The translations under genes were made by a program, and so were the position numbers. From NCBI RefSeq assembly GCF_020745735.1, contig NC_083413.1, positions 6,324,001 to 6,388,000 on the forward strand: a stretch of DNA of 64,000 nt. The letters are read 5' to 3'. Shown here piece after piece: positions 1-13,570 of the stretch. A model generated the notes under the pieces. It saw only the letters and a program-made list of their open reading frames with translations. It was not told the DNA's origin and ran no database searches. This stretch comes from Hemiscyllium ocellatum. Lineage: Eukaryota. Position 1 is the first letter of the stretch. Every line of letters begins with the position of its first letter.

Positions 1-640
1 AACTCAAACTCTTTTTTTTCACCTTTGCAGTTCTTCAATTTTATCCCCATAGATTCTACAGCATCTGACCCTACTTTGTTTCTTACTATTGATTTAATTT
101 CATTTCTTACTAATAAGGCAATCCCACCCTCTCTGCCTATCTTTTCAATAGTATGTACATCCTTAAATATTCAGCTCCCAATCCTGATCATCTTGCAGTC
201 ATGTTTCCACGATGCCCACCATGTCATACCCGCCAATTTCAATCTGCGCCACAAGTTTATTTACCTTATTCCTTGTACTGCATGCATTCAGATATAACAC
301 CTTCAGACCTGTATTGACCACCCCTCTTCTCATTGTCGTTCGTTTGTCAAGTGTGCTTGAAGTTTGATTTTTAACCCTTTCCATACCACTTTGTCCTATT
401 TGTGTCTGTGCTGGGAGATGTTAATAACCTCTCCTGAGGTCTGCACTCTTAGCTCCTCAAATTCGGATTTGCTAATTTCCCCTATAACTGACTCCGGCCA
501 CTTGCTCCCATTTATTTGAAAGCTCTGTCTACAGCCCAAGTTATGTGATTCACTAGGATACTGTCAGGTGAAGATCATCCCATTGGAACAGGCCCCTTCT
601 TCCCCAGTACTGGTGCCCATGTCCCATGAATTCAAACCAT
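1..640 (-). mobile_element. CR1-type LINE fragment (APE endonuclease start)
   Basis: GLKVLYLNACSTRNKVNKLVAQIEIGGYDMVGIVET (ORF 199..384). Confidence 0.75.
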
Positions 641-1337
641 TTTCTCCCACATCAACCTTTGAGTCACACATCCCTTTGTACACAACATCCATTGCCCTAC
701 CCTTAAATGATCTTTGTCACTTGCTCAAATAAATGCACTTAAATTTGAGAGACTACACATCCCAGCATAAAACAATGCTGACTATCCCTAATAAGTCCAT
801 TCTTTTACAAATGTGAGTGAACCCTGTCCCGGAGAATCTTTTCCAATACCACTGAGGTGAGGTACACTGCCTGTAATTTTCAGAGTTATCCCTGGCACCT
901 TGCCAGTAGTTGAATAGGATACAAAAGTTTCTGAACAGACACCTAACACCTCCTCCTCCTTGAAATCGAGTGAGGACTGAAGAAATAATTTTCACCCCTG
1001 CTCTAAATTCCATTCTCTAGTCCAAGAATTCACAAACTGGGAGTCAAGGCCCCCTATGGAATCCCAAACTCCCCTCTACCAAAGGAAGCAGAGTTATTGT
1101 GGGGAGAAGAACTTGCACCCATTTGCTGCTTGAAAATTTAGCAATATTGGGAAGTATTTCTAGAGACAAGTGCCAAGTGGATCTGGGATTTTGGTGCACC
1201 AACTTAGTATAGGCAGAGAAGGGCAAGTATAAATTAGTGACTGACCAGGAAGTCATGCAACTGAACTGAGAAGGTGAGCGGCAGCTTCAGACTTTCCTTT
1301 GTCACTGCTCGTATCTGCTTGTTGTACAGCACAAACT

Positions 1338-1895
1338 AGAGTCATAGAGATGTACAGCATGGAAACAGACCCTTCGGTCCAACCCGTCCATGCTGACCAG
1401 ATGTCCCAACCCAATCTAGTCCCACTGCAGCACCCAGCCCATATCCCTCCAAACCCTTCCTATGCATATACCCATCTAGATGTCTTATAAATGTTGCAAT
1501 TGTACCAGCCTCCACCACTTCCTCTGGCAGCTCATTCCATACACGTACCACCCTCTGTGCGAAAAAGTTGCCCCATAGGTCTCTTTTATATTTTTCCCCT
1601 TTCACCCATAACCAATGCCCTCTAGTTCTGGACTACCCTATCCTGGGGAAAAGACTTGGTCTATTTAACTTATGCATGTCCCTCATAATTTTGTAAATCT
1701 CTATAAGGTCACCCCTCAGCCTCAGATGTTCCAGGGAAAACAGCCCCAGCCTGTACAGCCTCTCCCTATAGCTCAAATCCTCCAACCCTGACAACATCCT
1801 TGTCAATCTTTTCTGAACTCTTTCGAGTTTCACAACATCTGTCCGAGAGGAAGACGACTAGAATTGCATGCAATATTCCATCAGTGGCCTAACCA
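1338..1895 (-). mobile_element. CR1 LINE 3' end
   Basis: LERVQKRLTRML..LSYRERL...LRGDLIEIYK; FFAQRVVRVWNELP; ctctatgactct tail. Confidence 0.88.
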
Positions 1896-1986
1896 AATTA
1901 GAATATAAAATGTAAGTGCAAGAAGCTGGTTAACTAAGATTAAACCATCCGCCGTCATCTCTCTCTCTCATGGGAGAACAGCCTTA

Positions 1987-3404
1987 GAGCTGAAAATGTG
2001 TTGCTGGAAAAGCACAGGAGGTCAGGCAGCATCCAAGGAGCAGGAGAATCGACGTTTCGGGCATGAGCCCTTCTTCAGGAATGAGGAAAGTGCGCCAAGC
2101 AGGCCAAGATAAAAGGTAGGGAGGAGGGACTTGGGGGAGGGGCGTTGGAAATGCGATAGGTGGAAGGAGGTTAAGGTGAAGGTGATAGGCTGGAGTGGGG
2201 TGATGCAGAGAGGTCAGGAAGAAAATTGCAGGTTAGGAAGGTGGTGTTGAGTTCGAGGGATTTGACTGAGACAAGGTGGAGGGAGGGTAAATGAGGAAAC
2301 TGGAGAAATCGGAGTTCATACCTTGTGGTTGGAGGGTTCCTAGGCGGAAGATGAGGCGCTCTTTCTCCAGCCATCGTGTTGCTATGGTCTGGAAATGGAG
2401 GAGTCCAAGGACTGCATGTCCTTGGTGGAGTGGGAGGGGGAGTTGAAGTGTTGAGCCACGGGGAGGTTGGGTTGGTTGGTCCGGGTGTCCCAGAGTCACG
2501 GAGGGAGTGGTCTTTTCGGAATGCTGATAGGGGAGGGGAGGGAAATATATCCCTGGTGGTGTGGTCCGTTTGGAGGTGGTGGAAATGACGTATCATCCAT
2601 GACTCCCTCGTCAGGTCCACACACCCCACCAACCCAACCTCCACTCCCAGCACCTTCCCCTGCAACCGCAAGAAATGCAAAGCTTGCGCCCACACCTCCC
2701 CCCTTGCCTCCCTCCAAGGCCCCAAGGGATCCTTCCATACCCGCCACAAATTCACCTGCACCTCCACACACATCATTTACTGCATCCGCTGCACCCGATG
2801 TGGCCTCCTCTATATTGGGGAGACAGGCCACCTACTTGCGGAACGTTTCAGAGAACACCTCAGGGACACCCGGACCAACCAACCCAATCACCCCGTAGCT
2901 CAACACTTCAAGTCCCCCTCCCACTCCACCAAGGACATGCAGGTCCTTGGACTCCTCCATCTCCAGACCATAACAATACGATGGCTGGAGGAAGAGCACC
3001 TCATCTTCCGCCTAGGAACCCTCCAACCACAAGGGATGAACTCAGATTTCTCCAGTTTCCTCATTTCTCCTCCCCCCACCTTGTCTCAGTCCCAACCCTC
3101 AGACTCAGCACCACCTTCCTAACCTGCAATCTTCTTCCTGACCTGTCTTCCCCAACCCCCACTCTGGCCTATCACCCTCACCTTAACCTCCTTCCACCTA
3201 TCACATTTCCAACGCCCCTCCCCCAAGTTCCTCCTCCCTACCTTTTATCCTAGCCTTCGTGGCACATTTTCCTCATTCCTGAAGAAGGGCTCATGGCCAA
3301 AACGTCGATTCTCCTGCTCCTTGGATGCTGCCTGACCTGCTGAGCTTTTCCAGCAACATATTTTTAGCTCTGATCGCCAGCATCTGCAGTCCTCACTTTC
3401 TCCT
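1987..3404 (+). mobile_element. Penelope-like element (Neptune-type), 5'-truncated with inverted arm; family A
   Basis: Open frame 2598-3122 has PCNRKKCKACAH and GIY-YIG IIYCIRCTRCGLLYIGET...RFREH...RLGTLQPQGMN. 1987-~2590 is an inverted, internally deleted copy. TSD agaacagc(c/t)tta at 1975-1986 and 3405-3416. Confidence 0.9.
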
Positions 3405-3669
3405 AGAACAGCTTTACAGTCTGTTAAGACTATGGTACTTTGCCTTTAGATTGAATGTAGTATCTACCCAAGCAGGATGTATTTAATAGCCTACCCTGCT
3501 ACAATTCTGATATTCATTGTTACTTTTGAAGCTGAAACTATATCGAGAAATCAAGTAAAATCAGTATACATCTAACTAATGTTAACGTGCATTTCTAGAT
3601 TTGAGGTGTTTGACTGATTATAATTTCATCTGTTTGTGATTAATTACAAGATAGTGAATATAACACTGT

Positions 3670-3778
3670 AGGTGACATTGTGGTACTGTCCCTATCTCTG
3701 AGCCAGGAGATGTGGGTTTAAGCAACACCTGCTCCAGGGGTATGTAATAACATCTCTGAACAGGTTGATAAGAAAATA
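3670..3778 (+). mobile_element. Short tRNA-like SINE (also ~29925-30010 plus, ~28130-28316 minus)
   Basis: Shared cacctgctccag...taacatctctgaacaggttgat. Confidence 0.55.
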
Positions 3779-4450
3779 CGAATGTAACACTTCCTTAATA
3801 TGCAGAAAAAAAAAGTAGAATTAGGAAAAATTATTGGAGAGTTGAGATTAAAAGTAGGGTACAGTTCCATACTTTTAAGTGAAAAAAAATCAGTCTATTC
3901 TGGAATGAAACATTAAAACATATTGACAGCTTGCACATGCTTTGGGACTTACTACTTGAGGTTCTGGAGTTTGTACTCTGGACTCGTGATTCAAGGGCTG
4001 GGGGTGTGAAAATAAAGGTTGATGACTGTATGCTGAGGAGAGGGACTCCACTACATGTTTAATTCAGAGGAATATGAAGAGCTTGGCCATCGACATACAA
4101 AATTATCAAGTATTTTAAAAACTCAACTATTCATATTTACGTGTTGGTCTATAACACAAGCTTTCATGTTTTAATGTTTACTGAAAGTTACTATGCTGGT
4201 TTATTGCATACTACTTTGATTGCTGTTTAGAATAAAAGACAATATTTTGATCAATGGACATTATCTTTCAGAATTAAGAGTGGGGTGGTTTAATAAATGC
4301 AAGGAACCTTGGACATGAAAATTTGGAAAGAACTGTTTAAAGCAGGGTTTCTGTCAAAAAGTGGCAAACGGACACAAAATGTTACAGGAAAACAAGCAAA
4401 TACTATACAATCGACGTGTAGGCTCATTAGCTGTATCTAGTTAGTCTCAC

Positions 4451-4622
4451 CTGACATATGGGCTTCTTGTACTGGCTGAAGAAAGCTTGCAGCTTCATAC
4501 CTTTGGATGCAGCTAGTGCTCTGATCTCTGTGTAAGCAGCACCCGCAACAAATGTGAACTTGGACAGCAAACAATGGCATAGGTGCAAAAGGGCCAAGGG
4601 AACCAAATCTCCTCTGGCAGCT
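4451..4622 (-). CDS. ATR: ATR exon 13 (172 bp); gene continues left of the window
   Basis: AARGDLVPLALLHLCHCLLSK...GAAYTEIRALAASKGMKLQAFFSQYKKPICQ. Acceptor aaacag, donor CAG|gtgaga. Confidence 0.95.
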
Positions 4623-5133
4623 CTGTTTTACAATATTTAAAAGATAAGGATAGTGCATATATAATCTTGCATAAGTAAATACTTTGACTGTTGATAAAGA
4701 TGTTAATACTTATACCTAGAGCAAAGAGCATGTTAAAAAACAAGGATGGATTTTTTACACTCTTCCCTGTCAGTGATTGGTTATTGAATTTTAAGTTCCA
4801 TGAAGGGAGTCTGGCTGATCCAACAGGAACAGTGTAAATACTATTAGTTATTTTTTCTCTGTCAAACTTTAGGAGAAGCTCAGAAAAGAACAACAGTGTT
4901 AATCCAACCTTGGTCAAAATTAAGACAAGCCTACTGCTTTACTCTGTAATTTCAAGGAAGATAGAATGTGATAAAAATATCATGATAGAGCATGGGGAAG
5001 GCATTATCCACACACCTGTAGTACATTTTTACATATCGTTCTGGTTGGAATATATGCAGCTTCAATTGTTCTGCCCAATTTACAACAGCACATTTGTCAA
5101 GGTAAGTAAAACTTCATGTTATTTATTACTTAC

Positions 5134-5234
5134 CTTCCAATTTCTCTTGTTGTAATGATTAGTGTATCTTTTAGTTCATTATTTCTTGAAATCTTAGCAT
5201 TTGCATATGCCTCCTTCAGCTTGGATACAAGCAG
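5134..5234 (-). CDS. ATR: ATR exon 12 (101 bp)
   Basis: LLVSKLKEAYANAKISRNNELKDTLIITTREIG (human LFVLRMKEAYTHAQISRNNELKDTLILTTGDIG). Acceptor cattag, donor gtaagt. Confidence 0.95.
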
Positions 5235-5569
5235 CTAATGTTAAATTTAAAAACAGTACGATAATTAACGTTATTAAATTTATAATTCTACATTAAATGG
5301 CACCACAAACACATCAACCACTAGTGACTCAAATCAGATGTGATTAAACACTCCACTTATGTTCCAAATGAACACATCAACACAATTCATTGTGGTATTA
5401 GAACAGGGATATACATCCACAAATTGTAATGCTTCTGATTAATATTTATAAAGCTAAAACTTGCAAATGGTTATTAAAAAGTACAATGCATATGTTTCAA
5501 ATTATTATTTCAAAACAACAAAAATGTCCCGACGTAATTGTTTTAATTTCAAGATCTGATTTTGTTCAC

Positions 5570-5763
5570 CTCTTTCAGTAAACTTTGTTCTTCAACTTCT
5601 TGAGAATTTAACAAATGATGTATTTTTTCACTAAACGCAATTCTGACAGCTTTATCTGGATCGTTCATGAGGTTCAGTATTGCACAATAAATGGTTTTGG
5701 TATCCGAGCCAGTTTTTCCCAAATTCACATGTTTACATAGATACGGAATGTTGCTTATAAAAG
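5570..5763 (-). CDS. ATR: ATR exon 11 (194 bp)
   Basis: AFISNIPYLCKH...ILNLMNDPDKAVRIAFSEKIHHLL...LLKE. Acceptor cctcag, donor GAG|gtgaac. Confidence 0.93.
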
Positions 5764-7423
5764 CTGAGGGGAAAATCAGCAACAAAAATATTAAAAAAGT
5801 ACTGACAAAACAGAATCGAACATGTTTTTTTTCTTCTTCCCAAAGACTGGACATAGTTGCATAACTTTTTAACTAGTAGCAAAGGTTTCTCTTTAATTTT
5901 ACTCCGAGCACACTGTTCCAGAAACTTTGTTCTTCGCACCTTAAGTATTCAGGTAATTGCATTAAAAAAGTTAAAGATGCAGCTTTAAAGCTAATCAATA
6001 CCTCTTAAAAAAATAAATATACCATTCTGGTTTGCCTTTTTATTATAAATTCATATCTGTTCTGGATCTTTTCTTGGGTTCAGCATGATCAGTCTTCTCC
6101 ATGGGATCTGCGGTTTTACCTTTATCAAAGTTAACCCAAATCAACTCATACAAAAGCTTAAGTCCAAAGCTTAATAACAATGCCCTTTGTAAGGCTGGCT
6201 AGGTGTTCAACCCTTTCAGAAGTGTATTCCCTTAATGTCTCCAAATGGATATCAAACAAACCCTTAGTATATTCAACTTGTAAAGTGAACTGTTAAGCTG
6301 CTTTGAGTAAGCACATAGAGCAATACAGGGCTGTAGAGTTTAAACTACTTGGAGAAAGGTTTGGCAGAAGGGAAATGAAGGCTTAAAAAACAAAAGGATA
6401 TCGCAACATTCAAGTGCAACTATTTGAATAATACCCAGAGTGGGACAGATAAGGACAGTATACATAGAAAAACAACAGTAAATATGTCAAAGGGGAAAAA
6501 GTTGTAAAAAGGAAAAGTTAATAGCTCTTTACTTGAAAGCACATAGTATTCTGAACAAAATAAATGAACAGAAGTTAATAGGCATGACCTTACAGCCATT
6601 ACAAAGACAGGGTTACAAGGAGATCAAAGCTGGGAACAAAATATTCAGGGGTATGGGACTTTTCAAGAGACATGATGGAAGGAAAGGGTGGTGGGTTGGC
6701 TTTGTTCATGTGGGATGGAATAAGTATGATTGCAAGAAATAATCGTAGATCAGAAGGTACAGAATCCATACTATGGAGGCAGAAAATAACACTGGGAAGA
6801 TAACAATGATTACTGTAGTCCACACAACAATTTCAGCTTTCAACTGAACATGCCTCTATCACACTCTCAGGTAGTGCATTTTAGATATTAATTATCCAAT
6901 GAGTTTTGCTTTTTCAAAAACAAATTACTTCCCCCCCCCCCCCTCCCTTTGATTCTCAATCCTTTCATGAGTGGGACATTCCCCATTCTATTTTCCAGGA
7001 TCTTGGGTCACATCCACCTGGGGACCAAGTTTCATTAAAATCCATCCATTAGTTTTTTTTTAAGACATTGTTAGCAGACAAATAGATATTCAGAAGTTTA
7101 AAAAAAGTTACCTCTGCCCTCCACAAGATGAGTGATCATTGATATAAATAGTTTAAAATTTTTGAAAAATGGCAAACGGACCATATTTAGAATTCAGGAA
7201 TCCTGATGAAGGGCTCCTTTCCTTCTCCATGGATGCTGCCTGACCTGCTGTGCTTTTTCAGCACCACTCTAATCTTGACTCTGAGCTGCAGTCCTCACTT
7301 TTGCCCAAATGGAACATATTTGTCCAGTGTGAAAATAATTGTCTTGAGTATAAAATTGCCCTTAGTGTGCAGACCGTACTTTCTTTCAGAAAGCAGGACT
7401 CTGGAAATGGATTTAACACTCAC

Positions 7424-7686
7424 CACGTTTTACTGAAGCAGGCATTGACTTCTGAATTAGCACAAGAAATGGAATAAGAATAGAAGGTTCAACTGTTGGT
7501 CCAGCCAGTGTACATTCACTTCGTACAGAGATATTATGGCACAGGAGTTCACAATCTGCATTTGTAAGTGGCAAGTCATTGGTGGGGAGCAACAATTCTG
7601 ATTTGCTTGAAAGCACACAGATTAACTTTCCAACATTATTGGCTAATTCTTCACGTATCAAATTGGACTCCTCTTGAAGTATGTTT
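7424..7686 (-). CDS. ATR: ATR exon 10 (263 bp)
   Basis: NILQEESNLIREELANNVGKLICVL...PFLVLIQKSMPASVKR. Acceptor tttcag, donor G|gtgagt. Confidence 0.92.
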
Positions 7687-8906
7687 CTGAAAGATTTTTT
7701 TTAAAAAATTGAGGTTGTCACACAACTATATTTCCTGCATGCTATCCTCTAACAAAGGCATAAAAATCGCATAAAGACAACAGTAGATCATAATTTCCCA
7801 ATAATTTTCATGTTAGAAGAACATATCAGACCATTCACAATGTAAAGTCATAGAATCGTAGAGATGTACAGCTAAAGAAAAAAAATAACTGTCACCAAGA
7901 GGTACAGAACATTGAAATAGCATGACAGAAAGGAATCCAAAAGAACAGGTGGATAAATCATTTTTGTAAGTAAAGGAATTATTAAAGGAGTTGAAGATGG
8001 AGAGATTTAGAAACTGACTTCCATACTGTAGGATCATGGTGGCTGACAGTGACTACGATGATATAAAGAATCAAAACAAGAAATAGATTAGAAGAGAAAA
8101 GGATGCAAAGCTAAACTCTAAAACAGTACCAGAAAGAGGAGCTGTCATGCAATTCTATAGCGAAGTTAAAAGAGGGCACAATAATAGAATTGCAGTATCT
8201 GATTGGGTGTAATATTTGACTCCTTTGTCTCCAACCATTTGTGAAATGAATTGACATTTACACATATCGAAATTAGTTGTGCAGACCAACTGCACATTGT
8301 GTCATAATGTTTCAGTAATTCATTGACTTTTCTGATGCACAAATTTCTGCTTTACAGAAGTAAATAAGCTGATGCATAAAAGAATATCCTGAAACATTCA
8401 GTAGAATATTGTCCAACATTCTGTCAGTCAACTGTAGCTATGCCCATAGCATTCCCTCAATTTTTGGAAGTCCATTCTCATCATTGAAGGTTCATGTCCC
8501 AGTCTTCCTCCATGACTGTCCTGGTTAACTCGAATTGGCTGCTTTCTACCTCAACACCACCTTCCACCAATCAAATATGAACCATTCTAGTTGACTAGTC
8601 TTGAAGACTTACTAAATTTTGCACTGTTCACTTTTACAGTGGATGGGCTGAAAAATGTTTAGCCTATTCCTTGATTGGCCAATACTTCTGGCTAAATAAC
8701 ACTCAGAAATAATGATTGACTATGTCATTCTACCATAACTTTACTTAAATATGTTTCACAACATTAATTATAAAAATATATAGAAAGCTATTTCACAAAG
8801 ATGACGGCTATGATGAAGTAATCATTTGGATTAATCATCTACAGTTTACAATCAAGCAGTCAGAAAAAATACATTTTCTGTTAATTTTAAATATTAAAAC
8901 ACATAC

Positions 8907-9102
8907 AAGAGAAGCTCCTCAATGAGAGAGTGTGACTTAACACCTAGATAATGCAGGAGTACGGGAAATCCTCGCACAGAACCTGCACAGGTGACATCAC
9001 TGGAACTCTGCAAAGACCATCTGTGTATTGCGGTTCTCCATTCAGGGCATATCTCATGTAGCAGAGAAAGCAGGTACACACATTTTGCCTGGTTCTGGTG
9101 TG
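8907..9102 (-). CDS. ATR: ATR exon 9 (196 bp)
   Basis: HQNQAKCVYLLSLL...EWRTAIHRWSLQSSSDV...GFPVLL. Acceptor ccacag, donor TT|gtatgt. Confidence 0.92.
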
Positions 9103-9157
9103 CTGTGGGACACAAAAGAATCAAAAAACGCAGTTAGAAACTGTATTAAAAAATCTA

Positions 9158-10985
9158 GAGAGTCATAGAGATGTACAGCATGGAAACAAACCCTTTGGTC
9201 CAACTCGTCCATGCTGATGAGATATCCTAAATTAGTTTATGATTTGGAGGAGCTGGTGTTGGACTGGAGCTTACAAAGTTAAAAATCACACAACACCAGG
9301 TTATAGTCTGATAAGTTTATTTGGAAGCACTAGCTTTCAGAGTACTGCTCCTTTAATCAGGTGGTTGTGGAGAATAAGATTGTAAGACACAGAATTTATA
9401 GCAAAAGTTTACAGTGAGATGTAACTGAAATTATATATTGTAAAAGACCCAGATTGTTTGTTAAGTCTCTCATCTTCTGGAGTGACCATGTTGGTTTCAG
9501 TTCTTTCAAATGTAAATTGCAAAACCTTTTTTTAAAAGTTACATTCTCAAGTGCATTTTAACAATTGGCGTCATGTCGGCCCAGATAAGGTGTTGAAGAT
9601 GTTAACTCCCTGTGAGGCCGTCTGTGCCACAATTGTTAAAGTGCACTAGAGAATGTAACTTTTTAAAAAAGTTTTATAATTTACATATGTAAGAACTGAA
9701 ACCAACATGGTCACTCCAGCTGATGAGAGACTTAACAAACAACCCGGGTCTTTTTCAATACATAATTTCAGTTACATCACACTAAACTTTTGCTGTAAAT
9801 TCTGTGTCTTACAATCTTATTCTCCACAATCACCTGAAGGAGCAGCGCTCCGAAAGCTAGTGCTTCCAAAAAAACCTGTTGGACTATAACCTGGTGTTGT
9901 GTGACTTAATTTTGTCCACCCCAGTCCAACACCAGCTCCTCCAAATCATAGCTAAATTAAACTCAATCTGCTATTCCTTAGCCCTTTTGACCCATCTGAT
10001 CAAGATCCTGTTGTACTCTGAGGTAACCTTCTTCGCAATCCACTCAATCTCCAATTTTGGTGTCATCTGCAAACTTACTTACTATACTTCCTAATGTTTA
10101 CACCCAAAACCATTTATATAAATGACAAAAAAAAACAGTGGACTCAGCACCAATCCTTGTGGCAAACCACTGGTCACAGGCCTCCAGTCTGAAGAACAAC
10201 TCTCCACCACCACCTACCTTCAAGCCAATTCTGTATCCAAATGGCCAGTTCTCCCTCTATTTCATGTGATCTAACCTGCAACCAGTCTACCAAGAGGAAT
10301 CTTGTTGAACATCTTACTGAAGTCCATATAGATCACATCCACCACTCTGCCCTCATTAATCCTCTTCGTTACTTTTTCAATCAAGCTTGTGAGACATGAT
10401 TTCCCACACACAAAGCCATGTTGACTATCCCTAATCGGTCCTTTCCTTTCCAAATACATGTAAATTCTATCCTTCAGGATTCCCTCCAACAACTTGCCCA
10501 CCACTGATGTCAGGCTCACCGGTCTATAGTTGCCTGGCTTTTCCTTATCACCTTTCTTAAACAGTGGCATCGCATTAGCCAACCTCCAGTCTTCCGGCAC
10601 CTCACCTGTGACTATCGATGATACAAATATCTCAGCAAGCAGCCCAGCAATCACTTCCCTAGCTTCCCACAGAGTTCCAGGGTACAACTGAATAGGTCCT
10701 GAATTTTTCCACCTTTATGCGTTTTAAGACATCCAGCACCACCTCCTCTATAATATGGACATTTTAAGATGTCACCATATATTTCCCCACATTCTGTATC
10801 TTCAATGTCCTTCTCCACAGTAAACACGGAGGCAAAATACTCCTTTGGTATCTCTCTCATCTCCTGTGGTTCCACACAGAGGTTGCCTCACTGATTTTTT
10901 AGGGATTCTATTCTCTCCCTAGTTACCCTTTAGTCCTTAATGTATTTATAACATCTTTTTGGATTCTCCTTAATCCTATTTGCTG
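9158..10985 (-). mobile_element. CR1 LINE fragments (RT region plus 3' tail), interrupted by the 9238-9950 element
   Basis: VPEDWRLANAMPLFKKG..PGNYRPVSLTSVVGKLLE...QHGF...DFSK (ORF 10271..10687). Confidence 0.88.
9238..9950. mobile_element. Fold-back PLE-pLTR-like element, family B (arms ~330 bp), inserted in a CR1 tail in ATR intron 8
   Basis: tatgatttggagg...cctccaaatcata inverted arms; degenerate HHR cores; ctaaatta on both flanks. Confidence 0.8.
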
Positions 10986-11430
10986 TCTAATACCAACTTT
11001 ATAACAGCATCAAAGAAATCAGCCAGCGAATGCCATTCAAATTAGCATGGTCCTAATAATTGTGCAGGAGTGAATCAACACAAGGTGTCCAATGTAAAAT
11101 GGGCTCACTCTTTCTTCATCTAGGTTCCTACTTTACTGGAGCCCGTTAGTCTTTATTGTTACCATACCTATGTACCTCACCCAGCTGCTTCAGCTCCCAC
11201 TGTCTGACATTATTATAATTTCATCTTATCAATCAACTTCTATTTACACACACTAAGGCATTCCAATTCCACTCACATGGGTGTGTGAATATTTCCCTCT
11301 CTATTTCCCTCTTCTCTCTGATCTACTCCTTTGGTAATGCAAGCCAATATATCTCATTAGTGCTTCGCACAATATGAAAACACATATTTTCTACCTTTGA
11401 ATAAATCTTATTTGGACTTATCATACTTAC

Positions 11431-11586
11431 AGAAACTGTTTGACAAATGCTGACTCAGGGATACCAGCTCAGAACTGAAGTCAACAGATTTGAAAGCTGC
11501 ATCAGTGCTGTGTTTGTGAATCCATGGTAATGACAAAAAGTCACAAAGTGTCTGAAGTGCAATTTCGTCCACCTGACCTTGTCCAG
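11431..11586 (-). CDS. ATR: ATR exon 8 (156 bp)
   Basis: GQGQVDEIALQTLCDFLSLPWIHKHSTD... (human LEDLCGMLSLPWIYSHSDD). Acceptor taccag, donor gtaagt. Not in the ORF track. Confidence 0.9.
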
Positions 11587-12711
11587 CTGGTAAATATAAA
11601 ATCTAAAAATTAACTACATAAATGCATAGTGTCATAACAGGATTTATTTTGAAGCAAATTAAATTCAGTTTATGAATTTAAATATCACTTATTGAAACTA
11701 CAGATAATTATGCCTTAGCAAATACTGCAGGAAAGATGTGAATAATTTCTATCAATAATTTCTTACATTTGTTGAAGCGCTCAGCACGTAAAAACTGGAA
11801 CTTTGAACCATTTCTAACAACGATATTAGATGTTACGTAGATTAGAAATATTATGGATATAAAACGTAATAAAGTTCAAATCCTATGCAAAAATGGTTTA
11901 TGATGTACAAAATTTTTGAAGCTTCAATTCTTTAATATCAAATTGTAACTTGCGCTGGAGTGCATTTCCACAGACAGTCATTTCCTTCAAGATTCTTAAA
12001 TCATCATAGCCACAGCTTTACCATTTTCACCTTGCCTACCTCCTTCAGCTATTCACACATTTTCTTTGACTCTTAAATACATTTAAATATATTTCCATTA
12101 TCAATAACGTATCTAAACACTTTTTTTTGTAATCTAGGCTTTGCACATCATTTAACCACAGATCCATCACAATAGAGCACTGCTATTCTCATCAGGAATT
12201 TGAAGCAATGTTCCCAGAACACTGATAATCAATATTCAGTCAGATTCCTGGTACTGCAGGGCAAACAAACTAATTGAACGGTGGCTCAAATATTGAACAG
12301 ATGAATTGCCACAAACCAATTACGCACTGTTCTCAAAGTTGTGGAAAGCAAGATTACCCGCTCAGATTGTTGAGTCCACGTACGTACAACACAAATTTCT
12401 GGAAATAAGGGAAAGGAAACATGCTAAATTTTTTCTTTCCTAACTGACTTGACAGATTGAATCAAGAGTTCAGAGCAAGCTAAATACCAATCCTTGGAAA
12501 ACAGCTAGTGACAAGGTGTATAATTACAAAAATGAACCATCAAGGACACATCACTCAATTATCCGCAATTGTTCACCACTAAGACTACCAGCAAAACTGA
12601 TTTTTTAAAAAATTTGCACATCAACTGTGAAGCAAGATTGCATTTATGTAGCACTTTTCATAACCACAAGACTCCTCAAAGCTAAATTAAAGACTGGCAA
12701 TATTTGAAATT

Positions 12712-13570
12712 ATAGAATCATTCTGCATGGAAACAGACCCTTCGATCCGACTCTTCTACGCTGACCAGGATTTCCAAACTAAACGCGTCCCATTTACTTG
12801 CATTCAGCCCATACTGCTCTAAACCCTTCCTATTTCAGATGCCTGTCCAGAGTCTTTTAAATATTCTAAGCGTACTGCATCTACCACTTCCTCTGTTCAT
12901 TCCACAAATAAACCATGAAAATGTTGCCCCTCAGGTCCCTTTTAAGTCTTTCTTTTCTCACCTTAAAATTATGCCCTCTGGCTTTGAACCCCACTACTTT
13001 AGGGAAAATACATTTACCCTGCATCATTTTATAAACCTTTATCAGGTTATCCCTCGGTCTCCTAAGTCCTGTGTATAGTGTTGGTCACCAGTTGTGGGAA
13101 GCTTTATCAGACAATTAACTGGAATGAGTATTGTTTTCTTATGAAGAAAGGTTGGACAGGCTCAGCTTTGATCTGCTGGAGTCAAGAGAGAAATAGGCAA
13201 CTTGATTGAAATGTGTAGGATCCTGATGGGCCACAAGAGGATAGGTTTGGAGTATATGTTTCCTGTTAATGAATAATCTAGAACTGAGGGTAATAGCTTA
13301 AAAAGGTATCACCCATTTAAAACACAGGTGACTTTTTTTTCTCACAAGGGTCATGAGTCTTTGGAACGGTCATCCTGAAAAGGCAGCGGAAGCAGAGTCG
13401 CTTGAATATTTTTTAAGGCAAAGATGGACAGATTCTTGTTTAGCAAAGGGATGAAAAATGATCAGGGATTGGCGGAAGTGTAGGTTGAGGTTACAATCTA
13501 ATCAACCATGATCTTATTACAGGGTGGACTAGGTTCAAGGAGCTGACTGCTTAAAGCTGCTCCTTGTCTG
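12712..13570. mobile_element. Two decayed CR1 3' fragments, minus then plus
   Basis: Typical CR1 3' sequence: ggaaacagacccttcg... and gaagaaaggttggacaggct... Confidence 0.65.

Noticed and set aside
3275-3310. HHR copies at ~3278, ~9830, ~14965, ~23380, ~26075, ~30170 as intact ribozymes
   Set aside because: Core lesions (GAAA->AAAA or GAAG, deleted UGA, lost NUH, broken helix III) predict inactivity.
1-4450. ATR exon 14
   Set aside because: No match to the expected FLVESLH... peptide with splice sites; it must lie left of the window.
9238-9950. Fold-back elements as DNA-transposon MITEs or miRNA genes
   Set aside because: Variable-length TSDs, variable centres, asymmetric ends, HHR cores and (for families A and C) linkage to GIY-YIG sequence point to a PLE origin.
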